Below are positions 8,661 through 20,000 of a stretch of DNA of 20,000 nt, one piece after another. Source of the stretch: Catajapyx aquilonaris (taxonomy: Eukaryota); contig JYFJ02001976.1 in the NCBI GenBank assembly GCA_000934665.2, positions 45,380 to 65,379 on the forward strand, given 5' to 3'. Position numbers and translations under genes: made by a program. The notes beneath the pieces were generated by a model. It saw nothing but the letters and a program-made list of their open reading frames with translations, made no database searches and had not been told where the DNA came from. Every line of letters starts with the position of its first letter. Within the stretch, counting starts at the first letter, position 1.

Positions 8661-10361
8661 ACAAATTTTAACAAACTAGTAGGCCTGTAATAATTTTTAC
8701 CAATTTTAATGTCAAGTGACTTCAGACGTAGCTCGTATACTGTACGAGCCTGTTTCTAGTGTCGCGAGAGGTAAAAGATGGTGTAGCCTACCATTAATAT
8801 ACAGAAGAAACAGTACTACTTTCCTCATACTAAGTGAGCTTTGAACAACCATCTTGACGTCAATTAAAGCATTCCTTGCATATGCTGACATATAAGATGA
8901 ATGTAGCTCTAAATATTTGCGGTTGGGGCTCTTTTCTCCCTCATTCCTTGCGCTCATAAACATAAAGGAAGTTATTTATCAATCCAGCGAAATAAAACTC
9001 ACAATTATAGCCTGCCCCACCATCCATACATAACCAGGCTGCCTGAAAATATGAATCCTATAACTTGGCTATAGTCTTGCAATCTCAGTGTAGTAATACT
9101 GCTGGAACAATGGCACGGAAATGGAAGACAATCTGGATTCTTGGCGATGTGCTTGGAATATTTTCAGGAGGCCATGCACTCCTAATAAGCCCGTTTCCTC
9201 GGTGCTCTAAGAAAATAAAAATTGAGGTCTCTTTACTTCGCATGCTCTCCCCGTACATTTATACACACGGATGGACGGAAGCACGGACGTATACTGATGC
9301 AGTTCCTTTTCATGTCCCTATGAGTGGGCTTGATTCAAAGCCCTTTTGTGGCCTCATTTTCTTGGCTGGCAAGGGGAAAAGGCCTTTGGAGGAATTTAAT
9401 TATGCGCTTATTTTTACAGCCAGTATTTTGTGTATGCGCGCGCTTCTCTCTCTAGATCTATTCCTTCATTTTTCAGTCCCTATACGACAAAAATAACCTG
9501 CATGGAAGCAAGCGAGGTCTACTGATGCATATGGACAGTTGCAGCTGCGCCACCTGCAGCCATATGCGACCCTAGTCAAAAGGTTTAACAAATTTGACTA
9601 ATTTTTCAATTTAGAGAATGTTATTTTCAATTGGCAAATATTAGAAGTTGAACTGCAAATTTACCTAAACCGATTTTTAATGATCTGCAATCCCTATACT
9701 GCCTGGGCCCCTTTCTCAGAAATATCTCGAATTTCTGTGAAATTGTGGCCTACGTTGATCATGCATAAGTCACAATTTTCTGATATAGAGAAGACGACTT
9801 GTGACTGATGAAGAGGGAAGGAGGGAAAGGGTAGAGGGAGAGACCTTGCCACAAGCAGTCCCTGCTGGGAAGCCTTTCAAATCCCGGTCCGGAGTTGATC
9901 CCTGCTCAAAATGGTCCCTTCATGTCGACGCCGAGCAATTATTGAGTGCTGGAAACGGCGCACAGAATTGCCTCCCGACCAAGTACAAAGTGTCCCCATT
10001 CTACTTATTGAATCCAACAACATCTGAGCCTATAGATCGCGTCTGCCTAATCACAGAAATCGACGACGCGACGTCACGACCTCAGCACAGCTTGAATGTC
10101 ACGGGATATTTATTTATTCGCATAATTATTAAACTCTCGTGACTCGGGGTACATTTATCGCGTGCGGAAGGACAAAGGATTATTCTCTCTGGAAAATTTG
10201 TAATACGAGCTCAATATTCTAATATAGAGGGACAGCCTTTTCACCAAAATCAGAGCAATTGAGGAGATGCTCGAAAATAATTTTCCAAAACCATCTACTG
10301 CAGGGAGCACAAGTCTGTGAACATGCAAGCTTCCAACCAGGCGATTGTATTCTCAATTTGA

Positions 10362-10974
10362 CGGTGTTATGTAATAATGGGTTAACCCACAAAAATGTTA
10401 AAATTGAGCTAAGCCCAGAAACATACAGGGTGATCCAACTTTATCGCCCCAACAGTTATTGGAAAAATCGCATAAGCTGCTACCTTTTAAGCAGCTATTA
10501 GCTAAGAGTTGCTTTCTCGAGTATTTGGAATAACACCTGCTGATATTAGGTCCGATGCCCAGGTACCAATTAATGAGGGAAACAAGGTTCACTCGTGGGA
10601 AACAGGTCGTCTGCCGGGTTGTGAATGGCCAATCGCGAGGGGTCGGATGCGAACTGTTGCGACCCTGAAATGGAAAGGTGTCATCATGGGCATTGGACCT
10701 AATATCAGCAGGTGCTATTCCAGATACTCGAGAAAGTAACTCTTAGCAAGTAGCTGCTTCAAAAGTAGCAGCTTACGCGATTTTTACAATAACTGTTGGG
10801 GCGATAAAGTTGGATCACCCTGTATATTCCCAAAGGATCCTACTTGATTGAGTTAAAATCACGCTGGTGAAATCTGCATACTTCTGCCATAAATTAATTT
10901 CACAGGTATGACCTTCAAAGCCCCTTTTCTCAAAACTGTTCTCATGTGGGTTGACTCATTATTGCATAACACCG
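10362..10974. mobile_element. Tc1-like MITE (host, ~214 bp before insertion) carrying a nested MITE
   Basis: 30-bp TIR CGGTGTTATGTAATAATGGGTTAACCCACA (10362-10391) vs revcomp of 10945-10974 CGGTGTTATGCAATAATGAGTCAACCCACA, 27/30 match. Right flank TA, left flank GA (possibly a mutated TA). Confidence 0.8.
10426..10822. mobile_element. Tc1/mariner-type MITE (CAGGGTG termini), 397 bp, 136-bp TIRs
   Basis: 10426-10561 is the ungapped reverse complement of 10687-10822 with scattered mismatches. TA at 10424-10425 and 10823-10824. Confidence 0.95.
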
Positions 10975-11099
10975 TACAATTGTGGGGTACGTTTGTTTAG
11001 GCTGACATATTTTATCCATGTTGTCTTACTGTGTTTTGGACGATTTATATCAGTGGCATACAATTTGTTCGTATATTCACCACAATAAGGTCACGATCA

Positions 11100-11330
11100 G
11101 TAAACAAAGTACGGAGCAGACACTTTCACAATAGTAATAATCGAAGATCATCAATAATGTGCAAGTCGAGGGCTTCAGAAAAGTACAGAGGCTCCCAAAC
11201 GAAGCCCGCCTCTAAAGTCGTTAATCAAGTCATAGATCCTCGTTTCCATCCTGCCAAGATGCATTCTGGCCCCTCACCGTCAAAACAGCTTGGTTAACCA
11301 GCTGTACGACCTGGAAAATGAAGTTTCCTA
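11100..11330 (-). pseudogene. Possible short CR1-type RT C-terminal fragment
   Basis: Minus-strand RIYDLI/(frameshift)TLEAGFVWEPLY (~11183-11245) resembles 'lY..lvrp.LEYa..VW.P'. Single motif only. Confidence 0.3.
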
Positions 11331-14300
11331 TGGCGAAATCGAGTTGATTAGAAATTGCAGACTTTTTTCTCTCCACTGACGTCATCAAAATCTATCATCT
11401 TACGCCAGAAGGGTTATGCTCCGTTTCACTCTGATAACGTGTTAACAACTGTTTTCCCAGCTTCCTCTCTGTCGACTAAATCGATTTTTCAATAATTTCG
11501 CACATGGGAATGGTATAAATGAGGATAATCCGAGCTGCAGATAGAGCACCCTTCAATCTTCTCATCCGTCCTGAAGCCCCATTTCTGTGATAATATTGAC
11601 TCCTTCAAACCCTTCCTCCGATGCCACTCCCTATTTTTTAATCTATAGACATACACATTTTGGACATAAAGTCAGCCATGCTACTACATTGGCCCTTTCA
11701 TGGCGGGAAATTGAATTTTACTTTCTGACAGTGCTCATGAGTGATAAGCCTTCAGGACTATCTCGGTGGTTAGGACACACAGGAAATTAATCACTGCTAA
11801 TCAGCTCTCCCCACCCAGATATAGGACCAATCATATATTCAGAAAGTTTAGCCATAACTCCACCTGTTACTTCCTTCATCGCCATAACGGCCAACAAAGC
11901 CTAAAAATATTTGTATGATTTGCAACTCAGAGTCAGGGCGTGGGTTTGTACAGCCCTGAAAGACTGGTATAGAATGCAAGTCTGCGTGGAAATCAAAGTG
12001 ATTCAGAGTGAGTGAGATAGGATGAGGCAGATATTTGTGGCAGAGGAAGTCGGGGCGGGCAGGAAGGGAGCAAGAGGCGCATATTTCACGTGGAAATTGA
12101 GGTGCAGAACTGCAGATTTCCGTCGGAGCAAAGGGGAGGGAGAAGAGGGAGAGGGAGAGGGGAGAAGGGGGGAGGGAGGAGACGGGACTTCGGAGCATCT
12201 TCTTTATACCGCGGAGATGCAGAAGAAAAAGTGGAATGATTTAAAGCCCGGGAGCGCGGTCCTTTGACAATGCCATTGCCATCGCAAGTTGGGTGTCAGT
12301 CCCAGGCGCGGTTGATAATGCGCCAAATTTGTCACTTATCGGAAGTTAGCCGGATCAACAAAAAATATCTGGCTTTTAGTCATGGAAAACTGTCTTCTTT
12401 TGAGTCTCAAAGATTCAATAAATATAGATTAGTTTATTTTCCACTCGTATATCATCGCAGGTTACTTTATTTGACATTTATTGCTTGTGAAATTCCATCT
12501 AGCCCATCATTTCACATCCACGGAAGTGAAAGCATTACTTGCAAAAACCTATCACTAATTTTCTGTTTGCTAAAAGTTCTAGAATTGAAAACCAAATTTG
12601 ATGCCTAATATTGCATATTCATGCAGTGTTAATATCCGTCTCGGGTTATTGGCACTCTGATTCACTCGCATTGACTTTGATGTGGAAAAAAGCAGCAGCA
12701 ATTGGGTCACCGTCAAGTTTGTGTACCCAGAGCGATGACTCCTCTGCAAACTTTTCCTCATCGCCAAGTTGGTGGCCTACTTTAACTGTGACTAGCAGGC
12801 GACCGAATTTGTATCAAGACTCAATCAGTTTCATTCGTAACAAACAGCTTGATTCGCTGCATTTTAATGTCGTCAAGCCTAGTTCTTTATGCGGGCGGAT
12901 CTTCTCACAGGGTCTGTTTACCACACCCGAGTCTCTCAGAAGAAAAAAAAAATGTGAAAAGGAGGTTGGAAAGGAGGAGAAGGGGAGAAAAAACGGAAAA
13001 GGAAAAAAAGGGAGAAGAAGAAAACGAAGGTGGAGAAGATATTTTTCTTTCACTTTCTGGGAGGCGGCTGGATGCGGACTCTCACTGAATAGAAATTGGA
13101 ATTTTTTTGTGTCTCTGCGCTATTTTGTCGCTGAGACCTTGCCGACTGTAACCAGCCGAAGATAATTGGATATTGGGAATTCAGCCAGGGACACTCCTGT
13201 CGACTCATCGCCATGTTCATAGTTACAATTCGATTTCATCGCGCTCCTGATTGGCCCCATACATCATCTGTATAATTTCCCTTCCATTACCAACTTAAAT
13301 GGCCATTTATTTTGAATCTGTAATTGAGGCGTCAGAAAATGGCTGCTTTGCTTGTTACAGGCTACTACTTGTAAACTAAAATCAAAGCGAGAAAATGTGC
13401 GTGGCAAACAAACAAGTTCATAGACGTGCTGACGATCAAGGCACATGAATCACCACCAAATGGGTCATAAAGTCAAACTATGCTAGACGACACACGTGAG
13501 TGGTCACTACAATTCATTTACAACACCATACATGCATAATAACTTTTTAGCACGTCTGGCGGTTCAATAGTCATCCTTCAGGCCATTCAAAACATCCAAC
13601 GTGAGACACGATTGCATATATGCAAAGTGTATCGATTAGTGCGTATATTCTCCACCTCTCGACTCTCTGTAGCATAACGTTGCTACTTTTATCTAATATT
13701 GCTTCTCATCAGTGACGATCTCTCATAAACACCGTATTGCAATGCTGTAGCCAACTCATTGTTGCTTCGAGTTAGCTTTTATTTTTTTAATCAATTTCAA
13801 AGGTTTTAAGGTCTCTTTCTGTTTGTCAGAAATATAGCCTACGTACCTTCGAGTAATGAATTGATGCGAATATTTTAAATCGCATGAACTCATTTAACGT
13901 CACCACCGATAAAAAACGTGGACGTTGCTTAATTTTCCAGCCACTTCTCAGGAAACTATACATATGCAAGTAAAGGATTACTATCCATAACATTAGTCCA
14001 GCACTGGAAGCACCCAGGCGTGTCTAACCTAGTCCTGGTCGGAATTAACCTCATTACCCCCTTTTTGCTCGTGCACATAGTTATCGGCTTACTTTGTTAC
14101 CTCATTGTTCACCTACTAAGGGTCCACCGCAAAGATAATAAATTAATTAAGCTGTAAAATGATATCTCTTCACTTTTCACTATAGTTGCCTCCGTCAGCC
14201 AAAATATTGGATTGGCCGATGCACACTGTAAAGCACAAAGAACTTGAATGGCGAAGTAACTCCTCATCTGCAATAGTAGTGCGACCATTTTCATTACAGA

Positions 14301-15133
14301 TAAAATGAGCATAAAAGTCCAAAAACCTCCTGATGAGGCCTGAAAGTGTGACTCTCACATTAGTAGCTCGTTAACTGAAAAGTTAGAGCTGTCCAGATGA
14401 GTGATTGAAAATAACGAAGCGCAAGACTTTCTGCGCAGCATACGAGTGAACTGCGCAAGAGTAAAAATCAAATTGATGTGTGTGCATGGTCATGCTTTGG
14501 ACAATCGGGGGATGAGGGTGGAGACTATGTAAAACGTAAAGCGCATCGAACAAAATGGGAGCAAGGGGAAAGCGGTGACACGAATCCATCCATCTAAGCT
14601 GCAACATCTGCCTGGATGTCATCCGGCGAGTGAGGGTTGGATTTATGAGGAGGCTCCTGGCTGGTGAGGTTGGAGAAAATATGCCATCCCGTGGGGAAGA
14701 CGCAGTCTGCTGTATGTATATCCTGCTACTTGGCTAGGCAGCGGTTGCCTGGCAGAGCGTCATTGGAGATATGATGGAGTGTTGGGGGGTTGCCTGCACA
14801 GCTATTCTTCTGGCCTCACATCCGGTCGCAGATGCGAGTGCAAAGCTCTGTCTGCTTCCAGCTGCCGATGCTTCTATTCCTATGCGCAGATGTCAATGGC
14901 GTCATTCGTCTTACAATTCACGTACCGAGTCTTCCCTCTACCAGGCCATTTTGGAAGATTGGAAGCCTCCATGCACTTTCCAGCCTCTCACATCATTGCA
15001 CGTGGAAAATGTTGACTCGCTTTTTCAACCCAGATCTCAGCTCATTCCTATTCCCTGACCAAGATTACGTTTACTCCTTGTGTTCAACTCACACTGACTT
15101 CTTTGGGAGTTGTAGGTTGTTGCACAGTATTAA

Positions 15134-16375
15134 CCCTGTACAGGGCACTGTGGCTTGAGGGCAACAATATATTAATTTGCGCAAGCGCCATAAGCTTTAA
15201 CGTTGGTCCTGGAAACCAGTGTGGCTTGATGTCACAGTTAGTTTGTTAGCTTCCGCTAGATGACAAGCAATGTCGACAATGATACGATCAGGATACCGTA
15301 TGAAGCGGAGAGAAGCCAAGGTCATTGAAAATGGCGCGAAATTTGAATTTGCTGAAGCAGCAATACATTGTTTCTGGATCTGATTAGATATAGGTGCAGA
15401 TATTAAATATCCAATTACATGTGTAAACTGCAAAGAGTAGCTCTCTCGTCGCCATTTGCGGCACATTCTAATTTTGCCAGCACAATTTCCTCAAAAAATT
15501 TTGGCGGCGCGGCGCAGGCACAATGTTGCTTGAGGTTTGAGTCCTAAGCCATTGTGCGTATTTTTATTCAAAAACGGTAACACGTACAGATTTGACCATT
15601 ACTACGTTTTTAAGGTCCGGCGATTACAGTTTGGACTGGAATATAGATGGCCCCGAGATCTCAAGGGGAGCCGGTAAACGAAAGGGGATCGTGACCCCCC
15701 CCCCTCCCACCCCGAGCTGCATGCGGCGGTGGAAAGGTGGGGGCCATGGCCTTAGAATACTTCGGTCTGGTAACTCCCTCTTATCGCCTGACGGGGCGAT
15801 TTGAGGGAGGTGCTCACTTGAAAGCGCCTGTCTCTGATGTAAATACATGTGGCGACCCTACCGTACAGTGCTGAACTCACGTAGAAGGAAAGAGTTGGTC
15901 AAAATTAAGAATCTCATATGAGATTCTTAATTTAGACCAACTCTTTCCTTCTCCGTGAGTTCAGCGCTGTCCGGTAGGGTCGCCACATGTATTTACATTA
16001 GAGACAGGCGCTTTCAAGTGAGCACCTCCCGCAAAACGCAGGCGATAAAAACTGATTATAGTGGGAGTGTCCGGGGGGCTGGTGGGGGTTATGATCACCT
16101 TAAGTTTTCTGGCTCCCCTGGATGCCATCTATATAATTATATCAGATCAAATTGTAATAGCCGGATCTTCAAAATTTAGCAAAGGTCATCTCTGTATGTG
16201 TTACTGTTTTTTAATTTAAAAAATACTCGCCATGACTTTTGACTCAGTCCAACTTCAAAGTAATTGGGTCAGAGATGACCAAAACATAATAAAAACCATC
16301 CTTACGTCGCATATGATGAGAAAAAGGCGTTAGAATATTTTTCTTCCCAAAATCCTAAATGTGTGCAGTACAGGG
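15134..16375. mobile_element. Non-autonomous piggyBac-like element, 1242 bp
   Basis: TTAA at 15130-15133 and 16376-16379. Ends CCCTGTACAGGGCAC vs right-end revcomp CCCTGTACTGCACAC (first 8 perfect, 12/15). Long internal inverted repeat. CR1-like RT motifs continue on both sides of the TTAA sites. Confidence 0.7.
15805..16030. repeat. 226-bp spacer-less palindrome (113-bp arms, 5 mismatches), core of a ~700-bp inverted repeat (~15538-16245)
   Basis: Axis between 15917 and 15918 (GAATCTCAT|ATGAGATTC). Arms align without gaps. Outer arms ~15538-15700 and ~16075-16245 align with many mismatches and indels. Confidence 0.97.
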
Positions 16376-19300
16376 TTAAGGACCAACCAGATCTGTGACA
16401 AGATCAGTTATTTCCATCTTTACAGAAATATGTTACTCTGTAGCACATCATGTCACTGATGGAGGACAGTACAGGGCGAGAAATCATATATGGCCACCCT
16501 TGGCTGGCATTTTTCTTTCAGATGCTAACACCCGGGCGGAAAACCCTATTTTTATATCCGTGTAAATACGGTACAGAAGAGTGCGAATCCATCTTCCCGG
16601 CTGACATCTTCCCATTTCGGCGCTATGTGCCCTCCTTTCAGCACAATTCATCAAGTACGGAGACGTCCTCTGTTCTCTCCCTCTGGGGATCTATCCAGGA
16701 CTATTCCCTGGAAACCCTCTAAAACACTTGATGCGATTTCCACCCATAATGCTCCCCTTATTTCCCTCGGACGCTCCTCTTTCACATCCTTGCTTCCAAC
16801 AAAGGGCTCTCCAAAAGCCGCCCATTTGCCAAACTAAATCGAAACTTCCGTCGCGGACAATCCTGAACGATCACGTATGAGGAGGGAAGTAGGAAAGAGG
16901 GGGAAGGCGCGAGGGGAGGTCACTCACAAGAAAAGGGGAGGAAATGAGACAAAAAGGAGGAGAGCGATTCATGAAAGTTTCGAATACAGACGATGACGTC
17001 GCTGTTCAGGGATTGTTGAAGGAGAATACTGAGTAGCAAATGGAGAAGACAAAAAGGAGGAAGTGAGGAGGACGACTTGAAATCGGGAAAAAAGTGGAGA
17101 TAGAACCTGGGGGAAGAAAAAACACTCTCAGGAGCTTTTGCATTGTGAGAGTCACTTGATACGGACTTCAGAAATAAAAAAGGAAAGATTTGAGTGCAAG
17201 TCCTATTGACTCATTTCTAAGAAAGCACTTAAAAATTCTCCAGCGCTAACTGAAATTATATGCTAATAATCGTTGAATGCTGCAAAGAAAAATCCGGATG
17301 AAGAGAGAAGTCCCCTAAAATGTAAATATTTTTCCTTGGACTACTTTTCTTAATTGCACGTACAGCGTATGCAATACTGCATCTTGATACAGTACATGAA
17401 GAGGGTTGGGAATCCTTTGGAATAATCGAGTTATTATTTTAGTAGCATGTGTTAATTTTGTCGTCGTAGGACGATTAAAATACTGTAGTTTAAAATTAAT
17501 ATGAAAAATTAATTGGACCCAATTTCCTTTTCTGATATTAGCTACAATCTCCACTAATATTATCGCGGATTGCAGGTAAATCTAGATTTATTGGTGTATT
17601 TTATTTATCAGTATACAAATTATAACGTAAATTGTGTACTGCAACACAGTGTATGCGTGTTAATATTTGCTCACTTTGTAGCAAATAACGAACAGGAAAA
17701 TGACTGCTCGTGTTTAGCATTCAGCCATTGGATTTATCCAGAATACGCAGAACAAAGTCGATGAAACATAATTTGAGTACAACCGTATGAAAGGTAGCCG
17801 AAATGCACAGAGTTGCCTTATGAAGTACTCCACTTAGTTAATTCGTATTCACGTCCACCATACGGACACGAGCAGAAGTTGGTGAAAAAATAACAATGAA
17901 GGGGGTTCCCAAAGGGCCAAAGTGTACTCTGGACGGTTTGTCCACACTCCAGGCTGATTTAATTTAGTCCTCTAGCAGACTGAGGGGTAGGGGGGGACCC
18001 CATAATTTTCAAATAAGAGAGTGAAAGGGCCGGGACAGCGTAGTTGGAAACAAAGTGGCCAACTTTCCTTGCACAGGAGGCCGACCACACAGGATCGGTG
18101 CGAATAGGTCTATGAAAGACCAGCTTACATCTTACCCACGGTTGGTCTAGCCTCTCAATTTGCTCACAACCCTCTCTAAGGTTTGCAGCTAGAAAGATTT
18201 ATATTGTACCAGATTTATACCTTTAATTTGAATGAGGCATGGAGCCATCGTGTAATAATGTTTTGCGAATTTCAACTCTAAAATATTGTGAAATGCAGAG
18301 ATACCGAATGTGGTTTAGTGTACATTTTGAGGTGAAATAAATCGTGAAAGATTGCGAGGAAGTGGGCGGAGGCTTGAGTCGGAAAGTTGCAATAGAATTC
18401 GTGTCATTCTTCCTCCATTCCTTTTGGCAGCTAAACTGAAATCGGGCCTAGATTGTGGTGAACACGAATAGTCGATAGAGGATTTGCTGTGGGTGGGGAG
18501 AGGCGGGTGAGTCCAGGGAAATGGTGGAGTCAGACGTTGGTGGTGACCTGGAATACTCCGCTACAGAGATCCGAAGCTTGATATGCTTTCCGTTCCATCT
18601 AACTCTTCTTGAACCGATTCCACTTAATCTTATTTCGATCCATTTATTCGGATCCCGTTTTATTCGGTTGCACGTCCAAGGAATATTGTGGCATCACTAT
18701 ACTTGTCGTGAGCAGACCTTTAATTCCTATGCGTGTCATCTTCTGCATGCGCCCTGCATTATACGTATGGTTCGGGACAAAACATGTGGTTGTCGTCTTA
18801 ACATAATCCCACTCTTCATCTCATCCCAAACGGCATATCTTGGAATGATAAAACCAGGCTACTAGCCATATTTATAACTCGGAAATTATTCTATGCACCA
18901 CCTGTTTTCGAGGGCTTATGGTACGAAGTAGGTGGGGATTAACAGAATTGCCATATGTTTGGGTATCATCTCATTCCTGCAAATAAGTAAACTAAATGTG
19001 ACGTCCCCTCATCCTCTAGATGGAGTTAGTGACGAGTTGGCAGTTTTGCCGAGAGATGGCAGGATACGAGAGTGTCTGGTGGGAACCTGGGAGGAGGCGT
19101 GCAAGTTTGCATGAAATTGTGAAGGAGCCTCGATCGAGGCTAGTCTAATAAATAGGTTTTGGTATTACTGGACACCCTGAGTGACCTCTCGGTGTTAGGA
19201 GAGGCAACCTAGGTAGGCCAGATCGCAAAGAATTGAGCAAGTAACTCCATTGCAATTTTTTATAAAGGTGAATAGCACTATCAGTTTCTTTTAAACTGAT

Positions 19301-19775
19301 TTGAGCCTTTTTTTTACTGGAATGATGCCAGTTTCCGGGAGCAGGAAGTTTGACCTTGATTTGAACCATTTCCATAGGACCATTTCTCTGGTTGGCAGCC
19401 TCCCTGTGCGGCAGTGTTGGAGCAAAGAGGTTCCATTGCTTCCCAGCCCGATTCTTATCTAATGCGTCTGGCAAGATTCCCGTAGCTAATAGGCCGAGTT
19501 CGCAGCTAAATGGCCTGATTTATTCCCGCCTCATCAAGCCCAACTGGATGGTGGCGCTGACTCACATTTCAACGGCAACTAGTTAGCGTCGATTGCACTC
19601 TTTCTAACACACCTAGCTCAAATTCAATGAATCGAATTCATCATTGTGTAGAGAGAAATTATTACAGTGTTCAAGGAAGATCAGGTGGGCCTAGAGCAAT
19701 ATTAGGCCATTCCTGTTTTTATTAGTATGTGTAATGATTGTCAGTTGAATGATCTTATCTATTAGTCACACTGTA

Positions 19776-19938
19776 CACTCTTAGCCCGGTCACCTTTATT
19801 AAAGGTGACGAAACGGCCTGTCTTGTCACCTTTATTTTAGAAGGGTACATGGCACCTTTAAAACAAAAGGTACCGTTGGTCACCTTTATTTAAAGGTGAC
19901 GAAATTGCCTGTTTTGTCACCTTTATTTTAGAAGGGTA
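19776..19938 (+). repeat. 90-bp-period tandem repeat (~1.7 copies) of GTCACCTTTA/TAAAGGTGAC hairpin units; possible terminus of an EnSpm/CACTA-like non-autonomous element
   Basis: 19788-19847 is nearly identical to 19878-19938. Each copy starts with the hairpin GTCACCTTTAT(T)TAAAGGTGAC. The array is preceded by CACTCTTAG at 19776. No matching opposite end in the window. Confidence 0.7.
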
Positions 19939-20000
19939 ATGGTATATATATCCTTGGCTTGCCCGGAATCTTGCTCCAATTCAAACCCATCACAGCTGGT

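Larger units (their letters stand above)
14470..19500 (-). pseudogene. Ancient CR1-type LINE ORF2 fossil (APE endonuclease plus reverse transcriptase), fragmented by later insertions
   Basis: Degenerate motifs in the expected order on the minus strand: EMVQIKVKL and IHLYK (ORF 19145..19474), QLVT (19028-19039), HMAILL (18940-18957, SDH region), VFT (18457-18465), HRPI (18103-18114; YRPI), NQPGV..NR (17945-17959; Q.GF), FDLVW (16829-16843; AFD.V), IRGALW, GFQGIVL (16696-16716; GVPQGSVL), YTDIKI (16547-16564; YADD.K), CTVLH (16459-16473; KC.vlh), VTDL (~16388-16399), then past the piggyBac-like insert RNLG (~15057-15068) and HSL..PPIVQS (WN.LP..iV-like, ~14494-14529). Many stops and frameshifts; read by eye. 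Confidence 0.6.

Noticed and set aside
9528..9568. Short imperfect hairpin GCATATGG...CCATATGC
   Set aside because: Too short and bulged to assign, and no partner terminus or TSD was found.
12611..13165. Longest ORF (184 aa) with Lys/Arg-rich tract
   Set aside because: Non-ATG start, the basic tract is just a purine-rich low-complexity run, and no domain is recognisable.
14330..14370. Hammerhead-like CTGATGA-GGCCT-GAAA followed by a GTGTGA/TCACAT stem
   Set aside because: Stem III is plausible, but stem II is only 5 nt in total and stem I cannot form.
15900..15935. Protelomerase/hairpin-telomere resolution site
   Set aside because: The palindromic axis is superficially similar, but there is no associated enzyme gene and the context is a eukaryotic TE.
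1..20000. Prokaryotic operon, CRISPR array or defence system
   Set aside because: Coding density is very low, SINEs, MITEs and LINE fossils dominate, and there is no repeat-spacer array.

Overview
This is non-coding eukaryotic DNA, probably from an invertebrate animal (intron or intergenic). It has no intact protein-coding gene, rRNA, functional tRNA or CRISPR array, and most ORFs in the supplied track look spurious. It is a layered collection of transposable elements. Well supported by terminal inverted repeats (TIRs) or promoter boxes: three different TA-flanked CAGGGTG-ended Tc1/mariner-type MITEs (one nested in a fourth Tc1-like MITE), a hAT-type MITE with an 8-bp target-site duplication (TSD), a TTAA-flanked piggyBac-like element containing a 226-bp spacer-less palindrome, and two minus-strand tRNA-derived SINEs with different bodies but a related 3' segment. 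Moderately supported: a PIF/Harbinger-like MITE and a CACTC-started tandem/hairpin repeat near the right end. Beneath these are very degraded retroelement fossils read by eye from conceptual translation. The best is a ~5-kb CR1-type LINE ORF2 (minus strand, ~14470-19500) with motifs in the correct order across later insertions. Weaker ones are a Penelope-like GIY-YIG remnant, a second endonuclease remnant and two short RT fragments. I found no convincing novel gene system. The most unusual structures are two palindromes whose centres are better conserved than their arms, and a possible degenerate hammerhead ribozyme.
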